A stretch of DNA of 64,000 nucleotides, taken from Basidiobolus meristosporus CBS 931.73. Its lineage: Eukaryota > Fungi > Basidiobolomycota. The stretch lies in assembly GCA_002104905.1 (NCBI GenBank), contig MCFE01000104.1:1-64000 (forward strand), in the 5' to 3' direction. A model generated the notes under the pieces. The model was not told where the DNA came from and searched no databases. It saw nothing but the letters and a program-made list of their open reading frames with translations. Both the position numbers and the translations under genes were made by a program. Shown piece by piece: positions 35,056-50,208 of the stretch (within the stretch, counting starts at the first letter, position 1; the number at the start of each line of letters is the position of its first letter).

Positions 35056-36266
35056 ATGGACAATGATGATATCTTGAATAATATCCAGCTACACCCAAAG
35101 GTTCACGCGGCCGCTCAGCAAGGTACACCTTGATGTAGCCGTACACAAAGCTCCTATCCAACGATACTCATATTCTTTAGCAAGGCTCCGGAGTGCCACC
35201 GACATTCTGCAACACTCCCCCATAGAACTGCAGAAAAAACTCCAACTCAACGAGAAGGAGGCGAGGCAACTTATCACCGAAGTATCCCGCTTCGTCTATG
35301 ATCTCCAGGCCAAAGAGAGAAGCGTAACCCAATTACTGGAATCCACGCGATTTTTGTCTACTGGGGACAAAGCGATCGACAGGTTCTTGAAAGGGGGGAT
35401 TACTGCCCACGGCATTACCGAGATATTCGGACAAAGGTAGTTTTCCCTGTTCCTTCTCCAAGCATCTCCAACCTTTCCCCTGAATTAACGCGACTTCTTC
35501 GAAGCGGCACTGGAAAAACGCAGTTCTGTCTGAGTATGTGCTTGACCGTTCAATTACCGGAAGCAGAGGGGGGATTAGACGGAGGTTGGCTATTGATTTC
35601 GCTACGAACCGCTTGAAAGCACCATGTACTGATCCCGAACTAGAGGCGGTTTATTTAGCAAGTGAGGGGCGGTTTCCGTTGAAAAGACTGTACCAACTGA
35701 TCCCACACTTCCAAAGGAAATACCCTGCTTTAAAAGGAAAAGACTTGGGCTCGCGAATCCATATTGCACATCTGGCCGACCTTGAGACTCAGCATCACCT
35801 TATACACTATCATCTGCCCATCCTTCTCTCACGACACAACATCCGCCTGATCATTCTGGACTCCATCGCCGCCAACTTTCGGGGAGAAGACCTGCTAAAT
35901 GACAGTGAGATGAAATCCCCCAGATCCGGACTTTCCATCGAGAAAATCCGAAGTGTACTCCAGCTTGGACACCAGCTTCATCGACTCAGTGTGGAGTACG
36001 GGATCCCGGTAGTATGTGTGAACCAAGCTACAGCACTGATAAGGTCCGAGCTTGACCACGACCAAACGACCGACAACTCGGCGATTCCTGCGCTGGGCTT
36101 GAGTTGGTCCAACACCTTGAACACCAGAATCATGCTGAACCGAGACAGAACAGAAGGCGTTTCGGGTCAGCAGAAACGAACCCTGCGCGTGATCCTATCC
36201 CCTTCCCTGGACAACGGGTCCTGCAATTTCACCATCGAAGAAGACGGGATCCAAGGAGTCTCGTGA
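35056..36266 (+). CDS. XRCC3: RAD51 paralogue XRCC3/Rad57-like (4 exons)
   Basis: Spliced: LSTGDKAIDRFLKGGI..GITEIFGQSGTGKTQ (Walker A), AVYLASEGRFP, LIILDSIAA (Walker B), VVCVNQ, PALGLSWSN. Confidence 0.85.
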
Positions 36267-36460
36267 ACGACCATTGGGCCGAATGTCATCTATGCTTAAT
36301 TCTTGTTTATTGGATGCTTCGCTGATCCTAAGAATCCACAGTATATCTAATCCTGCATCGCACCTCCAACAGAGAGTGGAGACGTGTACACAGAAACAAT
36401 GTATCGTACAAGAGCTTGAAGAGAATAAAATCAACTAGAATTTTTCAACGGTATACACGT

Positions 36461-37843
36461 TCAGTTGGCTCTAGAGCCTAGCTGAGTGGGATCCTGACTA
36501 GGATAGAAGGTTTTCCCAGCCACTGCGCCTGGTGGGGGTGGGGGCTGAGCACGGTCAGTGGTTTCTGGCTGTTCCTGGACCACAGGCTTGGATTCGGAAT
36601 TGGGACCTTGTGGTCTGGGTCTGCCCCACATCACTTTGAGGTCAATCCCTTTAATATTCACCTTGCCCATGGTTTTCTCGATAGCCTGCTCAGCCGAGGC
36701 GCGGGTCGCGTAATTGATGAAGGCGCACTTCGATTTGTACACGAGAACAATCGACTTCAACTCACCGAATGCATAAAAGTAGTCATGCAGGTCTGGCTCA
36801 GCGATCTCCTCGGTGATGCCGTGAAGGAATAATGAAGTCTGCGATGGGGAAAGAAGATGAATAGCAGATCTCGGGAATGCGACCAAGAAATTTCCTTACG
36901 ATAGTGGGGTCGGAGGGTGGGTTCAGTTTGGAAGAATTGGCACGAGCGAGGATTTTCTTTGCTACCGGATCATTGGTTCCATAGTAACGATCCTTGATAT
37001 TCTGATGAGACAACTCGTTATCTTCAGGAAGCTCGTGTCTGTGGAAATAGACGTCGTCAGTACTCGCGAACAGGTAGAAAGCGGGCAAGTTTCGCGGACA
37101 TACCTGTAAGGACATTCTTCACCACGGTTACACAATCCCTTGACAAAGAAGGAGCAAATGTGGGCTCTGTTTCTTTTGTAATACGGCTCGTAGCGAGCAG
37201 CATTCCTTAGGAACTCCCTGCCGGCTAGTTCGGCCTTGTTGTAATCAATGGAGCTTTCGCCATTCGTCAACTGATGCTCGATATTTTGTGCATAGTATTC
37301 CCGATTGATGTCGGAGCGAGGGGCATCGCTTTTGATTTTGAGGGCGCTGTCACGTACTTGTACAGGAAGATCTGGAATTTTCATCGGTGTTATTAAGAGA
37401 GGAGGAGGTCAAGGTAACGAAATTCGCCTCTCTATGCTACGAAGCCCACTTACTGTATTGAAGATCCAGCAAACATGTCTGGCAAACATTCTTGATTTTA
37501 GCACATGTCTGGCAGATCTCAGTTTTCTTATAACGCATACCCGCACCAGGACACCAACGGAACACTGTGAACGGGCGTTGGCATACTTTGCATTCCTTAG
37601 CGTAGTTTTGCTTCATCTGAACAAATAATTTAGCCCGCTTCCTTCAAAGAGTGCCTTCAGAGCGTGAATGAAAAGAACAACTTACCATGCGAACGTACGG
37701 GTTGTCGCCCAAACACGTCTCACAAAGAATGGGGAATTCCTAACAGCGCGGAACAAACTGGACTTAGTATGGCATCTAGAGCAAAGTCGCCGGCGTATAC
37801 GTACTGCCTCCTCCCATTTCTGCTTATTTTCGGATTTCGACAT
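36461..37843 (-). CDS. RBM22: Pre-mRNA splicing factor RBM22/Slt11/Cwf5 (Zn fingers, CCCH, RRM)
   Basis: [79 protein letters not shown]-terminal RRM. Confidence 0.92.
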
Positions 37844-38107
37844 GGTGGTTTGTTGAAGAATATAATAGAGCCGTAAAACACGACAAGTAGCTCACAATAT
37901 ACTACAATCAACAAAAAAATTCCGAAAAAAACCGATCAATAATGCAGCCGTCCAATTTACAGAAATCAATCTCGATGATAAATCATCTCGAATTCAGTGA
38001 TTTGACATACGTAAAATGACATGTATGCTATTAGAGCAAGTATCATACAGAGACAACCAAGTGCAAGTTCCAGGTGATATCCTTTTATTATAACGATACA
38101 TGAAAAT

Positions 38108-38709
38108 TTAAGCCTTGACTGCGAATTTTCTTTGAGGGAAGTGAATATCCTTCTTTTGTTGCTTCAAGGTCTTGCGAGTGGCCTCGAACTTGGTCAAACG
38201 ACGACGGATAGCTCTAGTCTTCTTGTGGCGAAGGTCCAAAGGAAGGTATTTGCGGCCCTCTTGTTTGTACAACAAGCGGATGTTTTGACGCTCGGTTTGG
38301 GTGATGACGGTCAAAACACGGGCGATGGACTTACGGACAGTATTGCTGAACGGGAAGATTAGTAAATGGACGAACGACTTCCGCCTCTCGAAAGTAGGGG
38401 TCACTTACATCTTGGTCAACTTGGAAGCGGCACCGCCAGCAACCTTTTGTACTCTCAAGGAGGAGAGCTCTTGCTTGAGCTCGTCAAGTTCCTTCTTCAA
38501 CTCGTCCTTGGACTTGTTACGGAGTTCGTGAGCAGCGACCTTGGCCTATCCATTGCAAACCATTGATTAGAATATGTTTCAAGCGTCAATGAACACAGTG
38601 CTTGTTGGATGTATGGGTTCTCGAAATCGATAGATGGTCTAAGCTGTGGTTGGCTTACTATCCGAGTGTGATACCGCTCCATTTAACACCTGGGAAATCC
38701 ACTAACCAT
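38108..38709 (-). CDS. RPL35: 60S ribosomal protein L35 (uL29); first exon is the ATG only
   Basis: [76 protein letters not shown]. Introns at 38547-38706 and near 38345-38408. Confidence 0.93.
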
Positions 38710-38960
38710 TTCAACTAGAATACGTGCTTTGGGAGGAAAGAGAAAGAAATTCCGATTCCAAGTTCATTTTAACTTTTCGCCCCGACGATTTTCGTGCCCT
38801 GATAATTCTCCATTTCGGACCCTATTTTTTTTGACACTGATCGCAACGAGGTTGAGGGAAATATTTCCATGATTTGTGCAAACACAATGTAAAACATCAA
38901 TTGTTTATTTCGTTGGCATTATTGAAACATGATTTAGAGATGCTATATTATGTGAGTGCT

Positions 38961-41900
38961 TTAAGAGGTGCTTCTGCGCAATGAGGAGCCTGTAACTTTT
39001 CTGGTAGGTCTACGGACTGCGCCATAGAAGCTGGTGCGCCCGGTGGGGGTTCCTACAAACCGTTGTTGGCTAATAATATCCCGGGCGGCTGCTTGGAATC
39101 TCATACGCTCTTGGCTCATAAGTGGGCGGCGCTCTTGGTCTTGGAATCCAGGTCTGTGATCTGTGCTGCCTCCGCAATCAGGAAGCATGCGAAGAATAAA
39201 GCCAACAGGCAATGACAAACTACCGATAAACACGGTGCTCAACCAGTGATGCCATTTAAGAGGGGTAGTGCCGAATGCGGTGCTGCCAAATTCAACAATT
39301 GCTATTTGGCCAAGGATCACGAACAACTGTACCAGGATAAACATGTGGTTCTTTGAAATTCCACGGAAGATATTGATATGGATCATCAATACGGCGACAG
39401 TTCAATTCGTTGAAAACTTGCAGGAAAACAAAAGTGTTGAACACCAAGGTTTGTAAAATAAGCTGATCACCAGAATCCGTCATATCCAGACGGAATAAGC
39501 GGGGACCAAACCCAAGTAAAGTCAGGTTAAGCGCAACTTGGAAAACTGCTTGTCCAATAATCATTCTCCACATTTTCCTGTTGATCAAAGAAGCGTTTCT
39601 CGAAGTAGGGTATCTTTCCAATACATCGTCAGAAGGAGGCTCAGTAGCCAATGCAAGCGCGGCTAGGGTATCCATAATCAAGTTGACCCAGAGTAACTGT
39701 ACTGCAGTGAGAACAGACTCGTTCTTCGAACTAGCAACGGCACTAATAAAGGCGAGGATCACAGCGGTAATGTTGACGGTCAGCTGGAATTGTAGGAACT
39801 TTCTCACACTGTCGTTAACAGCGCGTCCCCACTTCAAAGCCTTAACGATAGACACGAAATTGTCATCCATCAAAATAATAGATGAAGCCTCCTTTGCAAC
39901 CTCGGTTCCAGTAATACCCATACTGAACCCAACATCGGCCATCTTTAGGGCTGGACCATCGTTAGTTCCATCACCTGTAACAGCGACAACCTCTCCTAGC
40001 TCTTGGAGTGTCTTGACAACAATCTGCTTATCAGTGGGGGATGATCTGGCGAGAACTTGAAGTCTAGGAATCATCTTGACACGCTCGTCATGGCTGAGTT
40101 TTCTAAACTCTGGACCAGTAATTGCAATGCCACCTTTGGTGTATATACCGGCCTTGGTAGCAATGGCTTTAGCCGTTTGAACATTATCTCCAGTAACCAT
40201 ACGAACGTAAACGCCAGCCTTCTTGCAAGCAGCCACTGATTCGATCACACCTTCGCGTAGAGGGTCTTGGATACCAACGATACCAATGCAAACCAAGTCC
40301 TGATTAGGAGCATTCGTCTCATCGAAAGCATCTACTTCCGACTGGGTGACGTCACGGTAAGCAATGCAAATAGTGCGAAGAGCATTGTTCGCGAAGTCGG
40401 AAATATTCTTTTCGAAGTGTTTCTTTGCCTCGTCATCCAATTCTTTGATAGTCTCATCTTGGGCAATGTAGCGAGTACAAGATGCCAGTACAATTTCCGA
40501 AGCACCCTTTACATGAATTCTGAATTCGCTGCTTTGACCACCAATGCACTTGGCTCTTGCTGGAATGACAGTGGTCATTGTCTTCTTCTCGGAGGCAAAA
40601 GGATACACCTTTACCGGAGTAGCATCGCTTCTGATTTGGTTGTAGTCCGACCCGAGTTTCTTGGTGAAGTTAAGCAATGCGGATTCGGTCTTTGACCCAA
40701 TGAAGTTTGTTTGACCCTTATCATCTTGACCTTCAAATGCGGTGGAATTGACGGAAACAGATTCACACAGCAGCTCTACGACCGATTCCGGAAGCTTCTC
40801 TTTGAACGCGCTAATCTTGACGTGATCCTCAATAGTCTCCTGGCCAATAATTCCTGCCACAACAGTCATTTGATTCTGGGTAAGAGTACCGGTTTTATCA
40901 GAACAAACAGTGGTAGCATTGCCCATGGTCTCGCAAGCAGCCAAGACACGAACCAAGTTTTGCTCCTTTATCATTTGAGTAGTGGCATAAGCCAAAGCTA
41001 AAGTCACAGCCATTGGAAGACCTTCGGGGACGGCCACAACCACAATGGTAATTGCCTGAATGAGAATCTTCACCAGAGTCGCAAATATCTCTGCTCCTTT
41101 GGGAGATTCACCATGAAGAGCGTTGGTGACGATATATTTGGTTATCAAGGTCACAAGCATTAGTACAGCAGCAGAAATGCCAAGCTTGGCAATCGATTCT
41201 GCAAGGAGATCCAATTTAACTTGCAAGGGAGTTTCTTGGTTCTCATCTTCACGCATTGCCATCATAGTTCTACCATGGTAGGAATTTGGGCCAACAGCGA
41301 CAACTATGACTCTACCTACACCCTCCAAGACTTTAGATCCGGATAGAACGAAGGGATCTTTCTCGACATTCTTCTTCAAAGGATCAGATTCACCGGTAGC
41401 ACTTGACTCATCGCAAACTAGGTTATGGCCTTCGATATAGATGCCATCGACTGGTACGATCTCACCAGGCTCAACAAGAAGTATTTCTCCGACCTTGATG
41501 TCGAAGACGGAGATTTCTTGTTCTCTGCCGTCACGAATGACCTAGAATTCACCATCAGTATACAGTTGCAACTGATCGTGAAATCTCTAACATGTATATA
41601 CCTTGACATATCTATCTTCTTTTTTCGCGTTGAGCTTACGAAATTGGGATTCCTTTTGGTAATCATTGATGGCATTGGTAAACACCACCACTGCCACAGC
41701 GACGAGAATGGCGACACCTACAAAGAGATATTTATCAGAACAAATGAACAATAAAATAGTTTCAACAATACTAACCTTCGACCCAGCCAACTTTGGGTGA
41801 GCGGTCTTCAGAATAGTCTTCGTAAATTCCAATGGCGAGTGAGATGACAGCAGCGATACTAAGCATAACTGTGAAACGATAAATGGAACGATAAGAAACC

Positions 41901-42338
41901 AGTATGAGAGATTAAGGCTTTCATAGGCGCTCTTACTTAGGGTCTTGTCATCGTAGGCTTCGCGTACCAAAGACCAGAAAGACTGCTGCTCAGTCGTCGG
42001 GAGCACCTATCAAAATTCTAGCGGTTAGGATACACTCTTCGACTGTGACAATATGAAAGTTCAAATACGTTTTGGCCGAATGCTTCTTGTCTCTCATCGA
42101 AACTATGCTCCGACTCACCGGTGGCAGTAGCGCTGAGTTGCTCATCTTTACTAAGGCCGGCCTTAAGATCGACTTTCAAACTCCTAGCAAGACCTTCGGC
42201 CCCGCCCAAAGCCTTGAGCTTATCCATACTTTTAGGGTCAAACAAGTCGCATAATTGTTCGCAGCTGACGTCGAAGCTACTCCCTTGGCCTTCACCATGG
42301 TTAAGAAGGCCTTGCTCCTCAGGTTCCCTTGGCGACAT
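38961..42338 (-). CDS. PMC1: P2B-type Ca2+-transporting ATPase (PMCA/Pmc1), with an apparent 1-nt insertion at 39380-39381
   Basis: DESSATGES, VVAVPEGLP, CSDKTGTLT, KGASE, MVTGDN, GDGTNDGPAL, QFQLTVN, LLWVNLIMD. Four short 5' introns. Confidence 0.93.
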
Positions 42339-43006
42339 ATTAAAGGATTAATATTTCGGAAAAGGAATACTTGGGTATCAATAGCAGACGGAACCAGCAA
42401 AAATTATATGCTTCATGACAACACGCGAGCATTAATTTATATGAATCCATTCAAAGTAAGCCTCAGATCAAGAGGAACAGAGTTCTGTGAATTCCCTAAT
42501 TTGGGAGATAAGCGAGACTGAAATGGACATAAACAATGCCTAGGAATGTCTCTAAGGCGTACATACAATAATTCATCAGTCAGTCACCAGGATTTCGGAG
42601 TAAATTATAGCAACGGATTTCATTTAGCATACATCACCTATTTATCAGCCATCAAATCAAGATAGAAATTCTGAATAGACCATAGATATGTTGAAAGAAC
42701 CGTCGAAGTGGTCTCCAGAAGAGTCAATCAAAGTAAATATTCTCTGCGCCAATTGCTAATACGTAGATGACGAGGTCACGCGCTAGCATATGGCTAGCAT
42801 ATACGGCGCATGTACTCAATCGATCAAATTTGGTGACCAAAAGATTGCATATCTTAAATAATAAGGGTTCAGCCATTTTAATGATATCCTAGAACAAAAA
42901 AAAACCAAAAAATCGTCTGCGGATTTCCGAATGAATCAAGAGAAATGCGAGCAGCTATTACTCGTTGAATTTGTGTTCTTGGTTCTTACCATACTTGAGG
43001 CCCAAC

Positions 43007-44009
43007 ATGTCAATTTTCCAGCCTAGTAACCAAATCAAGTTCGTGATCCCGTTAGTATCCTATCCCAAGCTAATAGGGGAGCTGACCGTTTTCCTTTATC
43101 CCCATGTAGATTAACCAACGTTTCGGTGGTCCGTCTAAAGAAAGGGGGTAAACGTTTTGAAGTAGCCTGCTACAAAAACAAGATCATAGAGTGGAGAAAA
43201 AACATGTAGGGTTTTCATCTTGGTGAATGTCAGTGAGTGAAAACTAACTTCCTTCGAAAGCGAAACGGATATCGACGAAGTCCTTCAAATTCATTCCATT
43301 TTTACCAACGTATCTAAGGGTCATATCGCTAGCAAGGATGAATTGAAAAAGGCATTCAAAACTGACGATGAGGAGAAGATTATCCATGAAGTGGGTATTC
43401 TTTAGATATGAAGGAGGGTCGTATTGATCGTTTCTAATCAAGAATTTCCGCAGATTCTCAAAAAGGGTCAAGAGCAAGTCAGCGAGAAGGAGCGTGCCCA
43501 CCAACTGGATAATATGTATCGAGATATTGCTACCATCGTCACAGAGAAGTGTATCAATCCTGAAACCAAGAGACCTTATACCGTAACTCTGATAGAAAAA
43601 GCTATGGGAGAGCTTCACTTCTCTGTTCATCCCAACAAAAATAGCAAGCAACAGGTAAGCATGGATGTTGTACATTCTCAGAGCTCTTATATTGAATAAT
43701 GGTCTACAGGCGTTAGATGTAATCAGACAACTACAAGAGAAAAACATCATCCCTATTGCTCGCGCTCAGATGCGTGTGCGTATCACTCTGCCTGGGAAGG
43801 ATGGAAAGCACGTCAAGGAGAAGCTCATGGCATTTGTTTCTTCCGTTGAAGATGAAGACTGGGGCGATGAATACGAGCTGATCTGCCGTATTGATCCTGG
43901 ACATTACCGTGGTATCAGCGAAACACTTCAGACTGAAACCAAAGGCAGAGGCCAGCTAGAAATGCTCAATCTACGCGAAACGGAGGAAGGGGATGGAAGA
44001 TTTGCCTAA
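43007..44009 (+). CDS. SDO1: Ribosome maturation factor SBDS/Sdo1 (5 exons)
   Basis: [76 protein letters not shown]. Confidence 0.95.
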
Positions 44010-44101
44010 ATACATCATTCTAGCAACTTTGTATAAATCATAGATGTTCAAATCAATCAATAAACAGTATTTCTAGTAATAGCTGTTTCAAATGTGGTGC
44101 A

Positions 44102-44190
44102 TATAAGCTTAAAAGCATGCAACAAGTTCGCTGGATTATAAGCTTAAAAATATTCAACAAGTTAACAGGTTTATGTATATAAGCTTAAAA
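44102..44190. repeat. Three copies of TATAAGCTTAAAA (spacing 35 and 41 nt), degenerate tandem repeat
   Basis: Copies at 44102, 44137 and 44178. The first two are also followed by CAACAAGTT. Confidence 0.75.
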
Positions 44191-44804
44191 GACATGCGAA
44201 ATAGCCGGCATATTTCCTAACCTGACGAGTGTGATGTTAGGAAGACACATGGAGGCAATGGTACTGCCGAGTATAGACACCGTTAAACAAACACGCAGGC
44301 GAAAAGTAGGCAAGCCTTGATCTGGAAAGGGGAGTCAGTAGTCGTCAATTGGCATATCTCCACTTGTAAATTTCTCGATCTCAGCTATCACAGATCAGGG
44401 GTATTTAGTTGCAAGTCAAGAGACGCATTCTTGTTTCTTTTCCATAATGATAGCTAGGCGCTATTCATGGTACAGCCCGTGTCACATTAATCTCGCCAAG
44501 CGTTGACTAATTCTATGATGCATTGTTGCTATATGTGGAACAATTCAAATGAGATTTAGATTATTGCGGGAGGTGTTTTCAGGATTTGCTTGAATGTGAT
44601 TGAGTGGAGGTCTAGGTGTGGTTGGAAACTAAGGTTACACCACGATATTCCTGGACTTCGATAATGTGATGAACTATTAAAAATGCCAACCTTTTCGGCT
44701 TAGATGTTTTATCGACCATCGGTGTTTGTCTGCTTTAAACTCTTCGTCCTATTTTGATACCTCTCGTTGCTCTGAAATTGCTGTATAACCGAACCACACC
44801 GGAA

Positions 44805-47655
<2,851 letters not shown>

Positions 47656-47698
47656 ACCAAATACCAGAACCAATCAAGCCATCTTCATTACTTACACA

Positions 47699-47730
47699 CA
47701 TCCACGCATCCACGCATCCACGCATCCACC
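47699..47730 (+). repeat. (CATCCACG)x3.9 minisatellite in ADAM 3' region
   Basis: Three exact 8-mers plus CATCCACC. Confidence 0.85.
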
Positions 47731-48207
47731 CACCCATCGTTTTGAGTCCGGAATAAACATCATTTTAACTTTCAGCAATCAATCGTCTCATTCTGCCACA
47801 AATGCTGACAAATGTTCCTGGATGAAACTTATTTGTGGGTATGACGCAGTCATCAATGCTACGTAACTCCAGGTTCTCCCTTGATTCCCCTTCGTCGTGT
47901 GACCTTGTTATTTCTCAGTCCGCTCATGATGGATTAACAAGCAGCCTAGATATATGCGAATTTCTGATCCGCCAATCAACTACGCCAGCAGCCAGTGAGA
48001 TCATGGTCACTCCTCCCTGATTGTAATCGTTAACATTGGAGACCACTTCCTGAATCACCCCGTGACTCTAAATACAAATGACGGATGTCAAGTATTGAAT
48101 GTTCATCTAATCAGTAACACTGGCCATATCACACTGCGTATATAACTTGTTCAGCAACGAGACACTTTTCCTACTCCTACTTACACCGATAATATCTGGT
48201 CTGCGTC

Positions 48208-49737
48208 ATGACTGTTATGCAATTTAGGTAAATCCCTCCAGACCACGGCTTTCTCTGACCACCGATCGCTTTATTAATGCCTATGCTGTCTTGATTGATT
48301 GCACGTAAATAAATCAGAGAGAACGCTGTGTTTTTGAAACCAGAGCCCAGAAAACATGGGGTGCGGACGTCCATTCAACATTGGTAGGTGTATGGTTGAA
48401 CGTGTTCGTCAATTCTCCTGTTCTCACCTTCTCGTTTCTGTAGGCAGCTTCGTGACCTTATCGCTTGTCCAACTGAAAAGGGCGAGTTTTATTTCGTCAA
48501 CCAGAATAATGTTAACCGGTATAATACAGCCAGCATGGTGGTATGTTGCCGTCCAATTGTTGTACGGTTTGCTTCGACTCTGCTCGATGCTAAATTTCCC
48601 AATTCCAGACAACCCCTGTCATCAAAGACTTGCTCTTTTCGCCAAACTCTATGACCGCTGGATGCGGATATATAGCAGCTGGAGGACACAGAAGCCAACT
48701 AGCAGTCAAACAGCTGAATAACAATTGGTAATTCTTTGAGATGGGCATTCAGTGTTGAACAATGCTAATGCTGCTAACAGGTTTGTCAATATTTCTGTTG
48801 GTGGGTCCATAAACAACGCATTGTGTATTTCCAATCACCTGGGATCCACGAGACTTCTTGTCAGCAACAACGATCAAACCATCAAAGTCTACCTACTCCC
48901 AAGCATGTACAAAGTTGCTAGTATCTCGTTTCCTACCGCCGTGAATTACGGTAAGCTTTGGCCGTATGCTCCTGATGTAAATACCAATTTTACTAATCCA
49001 CCTTTGTGTCAGCCGCCGTTAGTCCAGATGGAACCAAAATGGTGGCGGCTGGAGATTCCAACGAAGTCTTTCTGTTCGATATCACAGCGGACGGATACAA
49101 GAACATAGCAACCTATACCAGTACGTGTCATAAAACAAAACGCACCCGAATGCTCAGTCATCCCCGACAAGATCTGAATCACCTTGCGTACTTTAGGTAC
49201 TATCGACGCCGGATTTTCCTGTGCATGGAATCAATCATCTGACAAATTTGCAGTTGCCAGTCAAGACGGATATGTTAGTGTATGGGATATCAGGAGTAGC
49301 AACAAGCTAGCGAAAATCAACGCAACACAGGTGAGTGGAGATTCGTGGGGTCTCTGAAAGGACATGCATTTACTATTGGTCATAGGGAACAAGGGCCAAA
49401 GGAGCATGCCGGTGCGTGAAGTTTTCCCCCAGTGGGTCAGTTGATCTCTTGATGTTCAGCGAGGTGGATGTCTTTTTATAGTGCATTCTTGTATTCACCC
49501 AATTAACACATTAGCGTGTATACGTAGCATGTTTCCTATATGAACATAGTTGATGCCCGAACCTTCAACGACAAACAATCCATCCGTGTAGCTCCACCCT
49601 CGTTTGACCAGCATATCTCTGGATTCACTTTTTCTCCCGACAGTAAAGCCGTCTACGTTGGTGTCGAGGGCTCAGTCTTAGAATACGAAGTGGATACCAT
49701 GCGTCGTCGAAGCTTCCCAACAGGTTCTATAATTTAA
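48208..49737 (+). CDS. WD40-repeat protein with DUF2415 domain (multi-exon)
   Basis: Spliced IQHWQLRDLIAC, GGSINNAL, LLVSNNDQTIKVY, SPDGTKMVAAGDS, FAVASQDGYVSVWDIRS, VKFSP, IVDARTF, ISGFTFSPD. Confidence 0.8.
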
Positions 49738-50208
49738 TCCATGAGCTTATTTTCCCAGCACGTACCTGTGTACATAACTACACTCATATTCAAGATAATA
49801 TCAACCCATTGCTCACTCGATCCCCTCCTACCACACTGTAAATTCTAATGCGTTGGATTGAAATTTATAGTTCTTATTTGATATTCGTTTGTAAGGGAAA
49901 CTTGGCTTTATGTTTCGTTTCGAATCACGAATGTAACCGTAGCGCGTTTACTCCAAAAATAATTAACCAAACATACATTTAGCACATTGCTAGTGTCCGT
50001 TCCCTCCACTACAACTGTCCTGGTGGTTTCGTATATTGGTATGGTTTATTTTTACTGCGGAGAAAATGAGGAAAGGAAGGAAGTGTACACAACCTCAAGT
50101 CCGACCGGAAGAAATGAACCGAAATAGCAGTGGTCGGAATTGGATGGAATTAGAGTGTACCGCGAGAGGTATTTATATAATAGATAATGTATACACAGCA
50201 ATCGATCC

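Noticed and set aside
38547-38706. snoRNA in the long RPL35 intron
   Set aside because: No C box (RUGAUGA)/D box (CUGA) pair or H/ACA layout visible.
39581-41001. Long antisense ORFs over PMC1 (and similar ones over MTR10, RPL35, RPC40 and FAM210)
   Set aside because: Shadow frames expected from codon bias on the coding strand; no independent features.
44102-44190. CRISPR-like repeat-spacer array
   Set aside because: Only three 13-bp repeats with partly homologous spacers, in a eukaryotic locus with no cas genes.
47835-48200. Possible extra gene between ADAM and the DUF2415 gene
   Set aside because: Only a 61-codon GTG-started ORF with no recognisable motif or splice-supported extension.
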